IMG/VR virus record: IMGVR_UViG_3300044675_001825
Coordinates: 13,457 to 77,456 of that record
DNA from: a virus
Reading direction: 5' to 3' (one strand)
Length of the DNA stretch: 64,000 bases
The translations under genes were made by a program, and so were the position numbers. The notes beneath the pieces are model-generated. The model made no database searches, was not told the origin of the DNA, and saw only the letters and a program-made list of their open reading frames with translations. Shown one piece after another: positions 1-8,353 of this stretch (within the stretch, counting starts at the first letter, position 1; every line of letters begins with the position of its first letter).

Positions 1-470
1 TCTGAATATATCACCACTTTCTTTGGTGTATCAGTGAATGAAACAACACTTGCAGGCACTTCAATACCTATTTCTGCAGGTTGTCTTTCAATGTCAGGAT
101 GAATAATTTCTTCACAGATCTCTTGTACAACAGGTACTTGTTTTGCATCAATGTCTGCAGCAATCTCTTCCATTCTCTTATCAAAGTTATCCCATAGAGA
201 GCCTGGCATAGGTTCAAACTCCATTGTAACAGGTTCTTGTATAATAGCTGGTCTTGGTGCTTTCTTTCTTACATAAGGTCTTTTAGCTGGACCTGAGTAA
301 GTGTTAACAATCTTTCTTGTCATCTTGGACAATCTTAGCACTTTGTGATAAACTCCATTAACTGGTCTTTTCCATTCTTTTGCTAATTCATCAGCGATGA
401 TAGCTACAGGCTTTCCTGTTCTAATTTCTTGTTTGATTTGATTAATCTGCTTTGGTGTGTAATGTTTCAT
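1..470 (-). CDS. Partial (runs off window) HTH-like hypothetical protein, paralog of 492..812
   Basis: Not in ORF track. ATG at 470 reads MKHYTPKQINQIKQEIRTGKPVAIIADELAKEWKRPVNGVYHKV...QPAEIGIEVPASVVSFTDTPKKVVIYSE, open to base 1. Confidence 0.8.
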   Translation of the reverse strand, partial: MKHYTPKQINQIKQEIRTGKPVAIIADELAKEWKRPVNGVYHKVLRLSKMTRKIVNTYSGPAKRPYVRKKAPRPAIIQEPVTMEFEPMPGSLWDNFDKRMEEIAADIDAKQVPVVQEICEEIIHPDIERQPAEIGIEVPASVVSFTDTPKKVVIYS

Positions 471-491
471 GATTTAAAATTTATTTAGTTA

Positions 492-812
492 TTAAAAGTA
501 TATTCTAAAGTGGTCAGAGTGTAACATAATCTTTTTAGGTGTTCCTTCGAATGTCATACCATGTGGTACTTCTACACCTATGTCTGCAGGTTGAATTCTA
601 GTAGTCACCTTTTTTATTTCTCTAACTGTATCAGGATTCATTTTTCTATTTAAAGTGTACAATTTATACTTAATACCATTTACACTTCTACCATATTTGG
701 CAGCTAATTGAATGCCTATGTTATTTATATTTACATTCTCATCTTTTAAGAGAGATTTCATCTCTTGTATTTGTTCTCTTGTGTAAAAATCTACTTTTGA
801 TTGTTTTTGCAT
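492..812 (-). CDS. HTH-like hypothetical protein
   Basis: YTREQI...LAAKYGRSVNGIKYKL resembles a helix-turn-helix; C-terminal QPADIGVEVP..F..TPKK is shared with 1..470. Confidence 0.75.
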   Translation of the reverse strand: MQKQSKVDFYTREQIQEMKSLLKDENVNINNIGIQLAAKYGRSVNGIKYKLYTLNRKMNPDTVREIKKVTTRIQPADIGVEVPHGMTFEGTPKKIMLHSDHFRIYF

Positions 813-817
813 GTTTT

Positions 818-1363
818 CTAAATTTTAGCAAAGCAACACATAGCTGATGTGTCCCAATACTTGATGAATAAATAATTTCCTTGTTTTGTTTTGTAAATTG
901 TGTGAGGCATAGGTGATGAATAATCAACACTGGCTATCACTTTCTCTTTTCTAGCTTTGAAGAATGTATCAATTGTTTCTTGTAGTCCTATTCTATAACT
1001 AAATGTCATAATGAAGTTCTTTTTGAACTTAGCAATGTGATCTGTTAAGAATCTAACAGAAGCACAAAAGTCAAGATCAAACAATACATTCTCTTTATCT
1101 GGGTTTGCTTTAATAATATCACTGCATATCAATGCCACCTTAGATTTTGATCTTATCTTGGATAGTTGTTGCAATGCTACCTGTGAGTTATTCTCATAGA
1201 TTTCAAATTGTGTACATCCTTTGGATTCTAGATATGCTAGATATTCATTGATGTCTGGACCTGCTAATCCAACTACTGATTCAAATTGGAATCTTTGGAT
1301 TAAGAACTCTCTAACAGCATGTTTGTTACTTGAGTTTATATAAGTTTTCTTTCTTTCTGCCAT
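818..1363 (-). CDS. Hypothetical protein, possible SAM-dependent methyltransferase-like fold
   Basis: VVGLAGP / FEIYENN / SDII / LFDLDFC are spaced like class I MTase motifs I-IV; function tentative. Confidence 0.45.
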   Translation of the reverse strand: MAERKKTYINSSNKHAVREFLIQRFQFESVVGLAGPDINEYLAYLESKGCTQFEIYENNSQVALQQLSKIRSKSKVALICSDIIKANPDKENVLFDLDFCASVRFLTDHIAKFKKNFIMTFSYRIGLQETIDTFFKARKEKVIASVDYSSPMPHTIYKTKQGNYLFIKYWDTSAMCCFAKI

Positions 1364-1365
1364 GA

Positions 1366-1815
1366 TTATTCTTCTTCTAATCCATCGTTTAGTGTTACAT
1401 CCCAGTCATCAAGCTCTTCGTCTGGTACTAGAGATAACACCACTTTATCTTCCATAAAGACTATTCCTTCATCTTCATCATATTCAATATCAATATAACC
1501 ATCAAACTCTCGTAATAGGTAATTGATATCATCTAATGTGATGTCTCTGAGTTCATCTGTATGTTCTCCTTCATCCCACCAACCTATTTCATCATGTGAA
1601 GCAAGTAAGTTACCACTCTCATCAATAATGACTAGTTCTACAGGAACACCATGTCTACTCATAAATGCATCTGGGTCTTCAGGAATCTCTTCAAGCTCAA
1701 AGAGCTCAATGAATGGTTCTATTACACCAACAGAAATTCTGTTAGTGAAAAGCATACCTACCTCCAATTCTGGAGGCAGATAGCTCTTTACTGCAATTTC
1801 AGCTGGATACCACAT
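1366..1815 (-). CDS. Acidic hypothetical protein
   Basis: 149-aa ORF tightly packed with neighbours. Confidence 0.75.
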   Translation of the reverse strand: MWYPAEIAVKSYLPPELEVGMLFTNRISVGVIEPFIELFELEEIPEDPDAFMSRHGVPVELVIIDESGNLLASHDEIGWWDEGEHTDELRDITLDDINYLLREFDGYIDIEYDEDEGIVFMEDKVVLSLVPDEELDDWDVTLNDGLEEE

Positions 1816-2171
1816 TAGAAATCTTTTTTAGGTGTTGGTTCAGCTATCTGATAGACACAATGTACACTTGCTAGTCTTAACAATATATGAAGCTGCTCAG
1901 CTTCTAAATAGTCAATCTCTTTCTTAGTGCACAGACCAATGATTTGTATTCCATCACCTGTGTCTACTAATTGCATAGCCACTGATTTTCTAACAACATC
2001 ATCCCATTCATCATCATCACTGAAGTATAATGTATGTACTGTTGCATTTCTTGCAGCTTCTAGTTTGTGATAATCATATTCATGTTTACCATTAATGTAG
2101 ATCTCTTCTCTGTATAACACATCACTTGTGTTATCAATAATGTCTTGAATTTGTTTACTCAGTGTTGCCAT
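1815..2171 (-). CDS. Hypothetical protein
   Basis: 118-aa ORF, stop overlaps the next start. Confidence 0.75.
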   Translation of the reverse strand: MATLSKQIQDIIDNTSDVLYREEIYINGKHEYDYHKLEAARNATVHTLYFSDDDEWDDVVRKSVAMQLVDTGDGIQIIGLCTKKEIDYLEAEQLHILLRLASVHCVYQIAEPTPKKDF

Positions 2172-2490
2172 AATTTCCTTTTTTTATAAAATTAATTGCT
2201 TTTTGATGTCCTTCAATAGCTTGTTCATAAGATGCATATCTCTCTTGATACGCTTGATCATTTTCTCCTCCAAATATCATAGTTTCCCATAATATTGGTT
2301 TTCCACCACCATAAGAATGATCTAATCCAAGAAACACTGTTGATACACGAACCTCATCACCATTGAGGTCTGTTAGTTCGTCATATCCAACTTTCTTTCT
2401 ATTTGGATTATCTTCCATCCACTTTGCTGATTCTAAAACTGGTTTATGAACAGGCTTGTGATTGTTGTCTAGTATATACCATTTACTCAT
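2155..2490 (-). CDS. Conserved phage hypothetical protein (VSTVFLGLDH...ETMIFGG)
   Basis: VSTVFLGLDH / WETMIFGG / RY..A..GH pattern that I recognise from many phages. Confidence 0.8.
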   Translation of the reverse strand: MSKWYILDNNHKPVHKPVLESAKWMEDNPNRKKVGYDELTDLNGDEVRVSTVFLGLDHSYGGGKPILWETMIFGGENDQAYQERYASYEQAIEGHQKAINFIKKGNYGNTE

Positions 2491-2783
2491 AGTTTTGATA
2501 TTAAATGTTTCATTTGATTAATAATGTCTTCGATACTCATTGCTTCTTCCTTTTCTTTCTCCTCAAGTTGATCTTTTATCATTTGTAATGGATAATAGTT
2601 TTCAATTTTAGTTGTAGAACTTATATTAATTCTACAAAATGCATAAGGAAGATTGTGATGTAAATGAAGCACCTGAGCTTTTTTTCCAAATGATTCTTCA
2701 TATTGAGAACTATATTTAAGATGTGTATCATCAAACTTGAATGCAATGAATGTTTTTCCTATTACATCTTTGTCTTCCATCAA
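2487..2783 (-). CDS. Hypothetical protein
   Basis: ORF with overlaps at both ends. Confidence 0.65.
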   Translation of the reverse strand: MMEDKDVIGKTFIAFKFDDTHLKYSSQYEESFGKKAQVLHLHHNLPYAFCRINISSTTKIENYYPLQMIKDQLEEKEKEEAMSIEDIINQMKHLISKL

Positions 2784-3013
2784 TAACCTGCTAGTTTAGA
2801 TATCATACCTTCTTGCTCTAATAAATAAGCAAGGTCACTTTCTTCTTTTAGTGTAAGTCTTCTTATAGAAGACATAAGATTGATTCTGTCGTAGGTAATC
2901 TTCTCACCATACACTGCTTTCACTTTCTGACCTATTTCTAGGAGCTGTGAGACATTAAAATTATCTACAGGATCTTGGTTAACATCCTGCCATTTACCAT
3001 TGATTATACGCAT
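2780..3013 (-). CDS. Hypothetical protein
   Basis: 77-aa ORF with A-rich leader, coupled to the next gene. Confidence 0.7.
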   Translation of the reverse strand: MRIINGKWQDVNQDPVDNFNVSQLLEIGQKVKAVYGEKITYDRINLMSSIRRLTLKEESDLAYLLEQEGMISKLAGY

Positions 3014-3034
3014 GTTTTTTTTTTTATTTTTATG

Positions 3035-3235
3035 TTAATATTTATTTGATTTATAATTTGGTTCTTCTTCTAATATAGATTCCATTATAGGAGATTTAGT
3101 ATTCTCCACATGTTGTGTTAACACCTTCCATTTCTTAAAAAGCTTGTTTGCTATATTAACATCAAGTTTAGTGATTTTGTCTTTATAGAAAATGTTTCTA
3201 ATTGTGTATTCTATGGTGCGTATTTCATCTTCCAT
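3035..3235 (-). CDS. Hypothetical protein
   Basis: 66-aa ORF with A-rich leader. Confidence 0.6.
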   Translation of the reverse strand: MEDEIRTIEYTIRNIFYKDKITKLDVNIANKLFKKWKVLTQHVENTKSPIMESILEEEPNYKSNKY

Positions 3236-3345
3236 GTCTTATTTCTTTTTAAATTGTTTAAAATAACTTTTTTACATAATACCTATATTCTAAAAAATAA
3301 TAGTGTTTATGCCAACCATCGTCCACTGTATAAAACATTCTCATA

Positions 3346-4047
3346 TTATTTTTTAAATTGTTCAAACCATTCTTTAAATAAATCTTTACCCCAATATTTA
3401 GTAGCTTTTCCTTGATGTGTATAGTAAAACATTGCAAAATCAATCATATCTTCCTCACTATACATTCTTTCAGCTTGCCATTTAGCACCTTCATATAATC
3501 CTACTTTAACATTATTCAAATCATTTTCATAATTTGTAGGAAATGGTTTTTTTGGATAACCAAAAGTGTATAGATGTTCCCATTTACTTTTAAGTTTATC
3601 CATTGCTATTTTTTCTATTTCAGCAGCTTCTTCTAATAGTTCTTGTTTAGGTTCTAACTCATAAGAATGTTTTTCTAAACCTTGTTGTTCATATTCTTGA
3701 ACTGTTTGTTTAGGTTCTTCTTTTGGAATGATTATTTTGTAAATTGGCTCAACTTCATTTTCTCCTTTAAATTTTTTAAATGGTCTAATATTTACAAACT
3801 CACAACTTGGATTCTTAACAAACCATTCTAAAAATTCATCATCAATAGCTTGTACGCCATCTTTGATAAGGTCTGTATCTGTTGTTAGGATGATTGAAAA
3901 ATAGTCAGTATACACAGGAGTTCTCATTTTCATAAAATCTCTATATTTGTATATTTTACCTTCCCAAAAAACATAACCTCCTTCTTTAATTTCTTCATCA
4001 TTAGTGATAAACAATTCTTTTCCTATGTTATAGATATTTTTTGCCAT
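3346..4047 (-). CDS. Conserved Bacteroidota-phage hypothetical protein
   Basis: Contains IILTTDTDLIKDGVQAIDDEFLEWF, EPKQ repeats and GAKWQAERMYSEED; start moved to MAKNIY at 4047. Confidence 0.75.
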   Translation of the reverse strand: MAKNIYNIGKELFITNDEEIKEGGYVFWEGKIYKYRDFMKMRTPVYTDYFSIILTTDTDLIKDGVQAIDDEFLEWFVKNPSCEFVNIRPFKKFKGENEVEPIYKIIIPKEEPKQTVQEYEQQGLEKHSYELEPKQELLEEAAEIEKIAMDKLKSKWEHLYTFGYPKKPFPTNYENDLNNVKVGLYEGAKWQAERMYSEEDMIDFAMFYYTHQGKATKYWGKDLFKEWFEQFKK

Positions 4048-4622
4048 GATGTGTTGTTTAAAATATGTGTTATACAAGATTCACTTACATTATACTCTTT
4101 TGATAGCTTTTTAGCTGAATACTTATAAGGAATATACTTTTGTTTTATTTCTAAAACTTGTTCTTTTGTTAATAATGACCTACCATTTTCTTCTCCTGAA
4201 TATGCAACTCTATGTAAATGAAGTTTGTTTAATCCATTTTTAGTAGCGTGTATGTGATTTTGTGAGTTAGTACACCATTCAAGATTGTTTGTTTTATTAT
4301 TGGTTTTATTACAATCTATATGGTTTACTTGTGGATAATCATTAATGTTGTCAACAAATACCTCTGCAACTAATCTATGAACATACTTATTTACTTTTAC
4401 ATTATTAACAGTAAAACCAACAGTCATATATCCAAGATTACTTTTAGATTGTTTGCACATCTTACCTTTTCTCCAATAAGGAACTCTATTGTTTGGAGCA
4501 ACTTCTCTATCTAAAGATTTTACATTACCAAGATTAGATACTTGATATAAACCTTCGTATCCAATTACATTTTTCCAAACTTCTGACGTTGGTAATAAAT
4601 GTATGTTTTTATTTGCTTCCAT
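4023..4622 (-). CDS. NUMOD4 + HNH homing endonuclease
   Basis: WKNVIGYEGLYQVSNLGNVKS (NUMOD4); VHRLVAEVF..VNHIDCNKTNNKTNNLEWCTNSQN (HNH); C-terminal HTH-like tail. Confidence 0.92.
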   Translation of the reverse strand: MEANKNIHLLPTSEVWKNVIGYEGLYQVSNLGNVKSLDREVAPNNRVPYWRKGKMCKQSKSNLGYMTVGFTVNNVKVNKYVHRLVAEVFVDNINDYPQVNHIDCNKTNNKTNNLEWCTNSQNHIHATKNGLNKLHLHRVAYSGEENGRSLLTKEQVLEIKQKYIPYKYSAKKLSKEYNVSESCITHILNNTSWQKISIT

Positions 4623-4803
4623 AATCAAAATCTGGTATATAATTAGGGTTAACTATAAGACTAATGCTGTCTATTGATTTAAACACATTGTCTGCTGTAA
4701 ATTTTTTAAGTGCCTCCATAATGTTATCTGCTTCTACAATTTCTTCTAGATCTGTAGCTTCATCATTACGCTCTGTCCAATAACATATTAAATATCTTCT
4801 CAT
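4609..4803 (-). CDS. Hypothetical protein
   Basis: 64-aa ORF in packed operon. Confidence 0.65.
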   Translation of the reverse strand: MRRYLICYWTERNDEATDLEEIVEADNIMEALKKFTADNVFKSIDSISLIVNPNYIPDFDYGSK

Positions 4804-4806
4804 AGC

Positions 4807-5187
4807 TTAGTCTTTATGAAATTCAATAAACCATCCCTTGTCTATAATCACTCTAAGACACGTGTCATCATCAAACAATTGAATAGCCACTCTGTCTCCT
4901 GATTCATCTAAACATTCTACAATTTGATATTCATCACCATTGGTTGTAGTGTCTTTTGTCATATCAGTTATTTGATGAAATGTTCTTATAGATCCATTTG
5001 GATAATAGAACACAATGTCTGTAACTCCCTTGGGATTGAATACAACAGTCATATCTGTTGATTGCCATTCACCTTTTACGTTATTACTCACAGCAATCAT
5101 TGATGTGTATTTCTTAACGAATGTTTCTTGTGCCATGCACACAAAACTGCTCAATAGTAGTAGAGCTCCTAATAGTAGTTTTTTCAT
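4807..5187 (-). CDS. Secreted/periplasmic hypothetical protein
   Basis: Sec signal MKKLLLGALLLLSSFVCMA followed by Q, the typical Bacteroidota +1 Gln. Confidence 0.8.
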   Translation of the reverse strand: MKKLLLGALLLLSSFVCMAQETFVKKYTSMIAVSNNVKGEWQSTDMTVVFNPKGVTDIVFYYPNGSIRTFHQITDMTKDTTTNGDEYQIVECLDESGDRVAIQLFDDDTCLRVIIDKGWFIEFHKD

Positions 5188-5633
5188 TATTTCTTTAATT
5201 TTACAATTTCAATTAGTTTTTCAATACAAGCTGTATTAGCTTTATAAGAATCAAATTCTGAATAATCTGCAGGTAAATCTATTTTCCATGTACCATTAAT
5301 AGAATGAATATAATAATCCATACTCATCACTTCATTTACAGAACACATAGTTTGTCTGTCAACAAACAACCCATAAGTGTTCTCAAACCATTTGAAAGCT
5401 TGTTGAAATAGTGGTACTGCATAACTGTAATCATACAATTCTTCTTCAAATTTAATTTGATCTTCGTTTAGTTCATCAGTAATTTTATGAAGTTTACTAT
5501 TTGTTATACCATCTTCATGAAATTCTGTGAACAGTTCATTATTTTCAATTTGATAGTCTATTAAACAAGGTTCATCAAAACCCAATTCTTCTAAGGCCAA
5601 TGCTATCTCATAGCTAACAAACTCATTTTTCAT
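5187..5633 (-). CDS. Hypothetical protein (EF.YE.ALAL.ELGFDE.C family), paralog of 10214..10564
   Basis: Shares EFxxYExALALxELGFDExC, PLxQQAFxWF and CxxKLIEIVK with 10214..10564. Confidence 0.85.
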   Translation of the reverse strand: MKNEFVSYEIALALEELGFDEPCLIDYQIENNELFTEFHEDGITNSKLHKITDELNEDQIKFEEELYDYSYAVPLFQQAFKWFENTYGLFVDRQTMCSVNEVMSMDYYIHSINGTWKIDLPADYSEFDSYKANTACIEKLIEIVKLKK

Positions 5634-5748
5634 TGTTTACAGGTTTAGGGTTACACGTATGACCATCGCTCCATTTGATTCCTGGAGGTGGTGTTGTTTC
5701 TGGTGAGCGATATATTGTACCACACTCACTACATTCAAATTTGTTCAT
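5623..5748 (-). CDS. 41-aa rubredoxin/zinc-ribbon-like microprotein
   Basis: Not in ORF track: MNKFECSECGTIYRSPETTPPPGIKWSDGHTCNPKPVNNEK; fills the gap and overlaps the next start. Confidence 0.6.
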   Translation of the reverse strand: MNKFECSECGTIYRSPETTPPPGIKWSDGHTCNPKPVNNEK

Positions 5749-5761
5749 ATCTTAGTTATTT

Positions 5762-6103
5762 TTAAATTCTTTCCATATAGTCTAATGTAATTGGTAATCC
5801 AGTTAGTAAACTTTCATTTATAAAAACTGATTTATTATTTTTAGTTTTATCATGCCAAACTTCAATTACATTTTTATTTACAAAAACACAAGTAAAATCT
5901 TTTACCATTACTCTTTTTCCTAAAACATAATTCATTGTATAACCACGTTTTTTTAACCAGTCTTCAATGGATTTTTCATCAATTTCCTTTACACTTTCTT
6001 TTGAAATTTTGCTTTTTGCTTGAATGTAAAGCATTTCAATGTGTTCATTAAAATTATGCATAACAGTTTGATATAAACATTCTATATATGTTTCTAGTGT
6101 CAT
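5762..6103 (-). CDS. Hypothetical protein
   Basis: 113-aa ORF with A-rich leader. Confidence 0.65.
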   Translation of the reverse strand: MTLETYIECLYQTVMHNFNEHIEMLYIQAKSKISKESVKEIDEKSIEDWLKKRGYTMNYVLGKRVMVKDFTCVFVNKNVIEVWHDKTKNNKSVFINESLLTGLPITLDYMERI

Positions 6104-6124
6104 AATCTTATTTGTTTTAAGTTA

Positions 6125-6156
6125 ATAAGAAATAAGGGCTCCACTACAGAGCCCTT
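6125..6156 (-). terminator. Intrinsic terminator
   Basis: AAGGGCTC-TGTAGTG-GAGCCCTT followed by ATTTCTTATT on the minus strand. Confidence 0.65.
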
Positions 6157-6168
6157 GAATTTCCCTCC

Positions 6169-6315
6169 TTAATAACCCAACTGTTCAAGTTGGTCTATAC
6201 TGGCTTCTACAATATACACACCCTGTGCCATTGTACATACAAATGCAATAGACATTGCAAATGCTAATTTTCTAAATTCATAAAACTCAGTTGGAATTAA
6301 TTTAATTGTTTTCAT
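6169..6315 (-). CDS. 48-aa hypothetical microprotein
   Basis: Not in ORF track: MKTIKLIPTEFYEFRKLAFAMSIAFVCTMAQGVYIVEASIDQLEQLGY; preceded by CCTTAATAACAA and followed by a terminator. Confidence 0.6.
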   Translation of the reverse strand: MKTIKLIPTEFYEFRKLAFAMSIAFVCTMAQGVYIVEASIDQLEQLGY

Positions 6316-6345
6316 TTCTATTGTTATTAAGGATTAATACAAATT

Positions 6346-6380
6346 AAAAAATCCCTACACACTTGAGACATGTGTAGGGA
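6346..6380 (-). terminator. Intrinsic terminator downstream of tmRNA
   Basis: TCCCTACACA-N9-TGTGTAGGGA followed by TTTTTT on the minus strand. Confidence 0.75.
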
Positions 6381-6419
6381 AATGGTAAAAGTTATGTACA
6401 ATGCAAAAGACATAACTAG

Positions 6420-6786
6420 TGGAGATGCTGAGACTCGAACTCAGGTCTTTAATACTCAAATAGTTACAATTTTATACAGCTTATATTCCTACACTTATTT
6501 AAAGAGTCTGCAGGAGATACTCTGGGGCCAACAGTTATGTTAGCGAAACCACCATCTTGTTTAATCTAACAAGAAAATCTTTGAATGTTTAGGCTGCTAC
6601 AACAAGATCAATATCCTCAGTTAATAATGAGAACACTTTGTTCATGTTAGCTTCGATTTGTGCGTTGTCTCCTTGAGATACTACACGAGAATTGTTTTTG
6701 CCATTTATTATATTCACCTTAGTTTACAGTTATCTCTCTGGCTGAATTGTAACCCATGCTTATTAAATCAATTCCATGTCATCCCC
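6420..6786 (-). ncRNA. ssrA: tmRNA (367 nt)
   Basis: 5' GGGGATG pairs with 3' CATCTCC-A, giving the G3.U70 Ala identity pair. T-arm CTGAG-TTCGAGT-CTCAG. Helix 2: TTTAATA/TATTAAA, GGTTACAATT/AATTGTAACT, CAGC/GCTG. Tag ORF 6702..6589 ends LVVAA-stop. CCA not fully encoded. Confidence 0.93.
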
Positions 6787-6985
6787 AAATGTCCCTCGTG
6801 TGAGGGCACAGTTCAATTAGTTGTGTTGACCAATGATCAACTTTTAAAAATGTATAATATAGGTAAGTTCAGTGATACGCAGCACATACATTGACTATTT
6901 AAACTACTTTGTGGCGATTATAGTCCCCAGTGATTATACAAAATCCCTGCAAATATACTTCACAGGGATTAATAAAACAAAAAAA

Positions 6986-8353
6986 TCAATACTTAAGTTC
7001 TTGCTTTCCTGCTTCAACAGAATATGTAAACACTTTGTCATCTTCTGTAACTTCAATCTGTTTACCACCTGTGTTAAGACACAAGTCTTTCAATTGACTA
7101 CTGAATGACATCAATGATACAGCATTCACCTTGTATGGGAATTTATCTGTACCAATATCATCTTGACCATCATTGATAACTAAGATCTCTGGCTTCTCTT
7201 CTGATAGATTTACATCAAGATTACATAATGTACCTCTTGTTATCTCATCAGAGATGTGTGCAACCATATCACCCACCTCTGTCATACCACCATTTGGATT
7301 ATTAGAGAATGTTTGCCAAAACTTAATGACATCTTCTCTATCCTTGATATGTTGGAACTCAAGATCAGCTGTACTGTCAACAAAATAACTGAAGAACACT
7401 TCAGCTTCTCCTTTCATGACATACTTGAATCTGTCGATTAATATAGCATTAACCCATATCTGTTTCTGACGATAATCCATACTACCTGAATAGTCAAGAA
7501 TGATAATAATCTTCTGAATCTGTTCTTTTCTATCAACTGGGACACTAACTGTCAAGTCTTTAGTTAAGAACTTACTTCTGAAGTTTGGATACACCTTCTG
7601 CATTAGATTCATCATATGGATTTGAGAATAGTCTCTCATAATCATAGTAGAATACTCATCAGAATTAGCTACAATCTTCTCACTGATTTCTTTCTCCACT
7701 TTAAACTCACTACCAAATTGACCAACAAGAGATAGATGGTTCATAATCTCCATCTTTCTATCTCTACTAAGATCATTAAGATCTAGTTGCTCATTAATAG
7801 TTGGGTCACTGTAAAGCTTTCTATCAAAGTCTAAGCCTTTCTTCATGTCCAATTCATCATCATCTTCTTCACTACGTTCAGCATGTTCTTTACCACTCTT
7901 CATTTTCAAGAAAATAGATATGGCTTGTTCCAATGGTGTGAATCCAGGAATGTATTGCTCAAATATACTATCGTATAGAGCTTTTCTTGCTTGATGTTCA
8001 CTGTCTTCAGAATCTATAAACTGCTCAGCTACAAAATCACGCTCATCAATCATCTTGAAATAACACACACGTGCTAGTTCTTTGATTGTATCAACAGATG
8101 TTTGCTTTGGAGCATGCACTTTCTTTCTGATCTCTGATGTAGTTGGTGTTAGATATGTAACAGGATCTTTAACAAATAGATCATCGTTATTATCTGTGTC
8201 ACCCCATGAGAAAGAGAATGAACCCCATCCACTCTTGGACCAACCACCACTATATTTACTCTTCCAACCACCTGTACTCTTTGTAGGAGTATAGGTTGGG
8301 GCATAACGACTACCATAGTAATCGTCATACCCATCATCCCATAAGTTTCTCAT
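6986..8353 (-). CDS. VWA (MIDAS) domain protein, partner of the MoxR-type ATPase
   Basis: IIIILDYSGSM (DxSxS), GGMT and VINDG MIDAS residues; aromatic/Gly-rich N-terminus. Confidence 0.85.
   Translation of the reverse strand: MRNLWDDGYDDYYGSRYAPTYTPTKSTGGWKSKYSGGWSKSGWGSFSFSWGDTDNNDDLFVKDPVTYLTPTTSEIRKKVHAPKQTSVDTIKELARVCYFKMIDERDFVAEQFIDSEDSEHQARKALYDSIFEQYIPGFTPLEQAISIFLKMKSGKEHAERSEEDDDELDMKKGLDFDRKLYSDPTINEQLDLNDLSRDRKMEIMNHLSLVGQFGSEFKVEKEISEKIVANSDEYSTMIMRDYSQIHMMNLMQKVYPNFRSKFLTKDLTVSVPVDRKEQIQKIIIILDYSGSMDYRQKQIWVNAILIDRFKYVMKGEAEVFFSYFVDSTADLEFQHIKDREDVIKFWQTFSNNPNGGMTEVGDMVAHISDEITRGTLCNLDVNLSEEKPEILVINDGQDDIGTDKFPYKVNAVSLMSFSSQLKDLCLNTGGKQIEVTEDDKVFTYSVEAGKQELKY

Noticed and set aside
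3258-3443. 61-aa ORF
   Set aside because: Mostly overlaps 3346..4047; at most a 28-aa peptide from 3344, with no supporting evidence
6658-7108. Plus-strand ORFs 6658..6894 and 6872..7108
   Set aside because: Antisense to the tmRNA and the VWA gene, with no protein-like features
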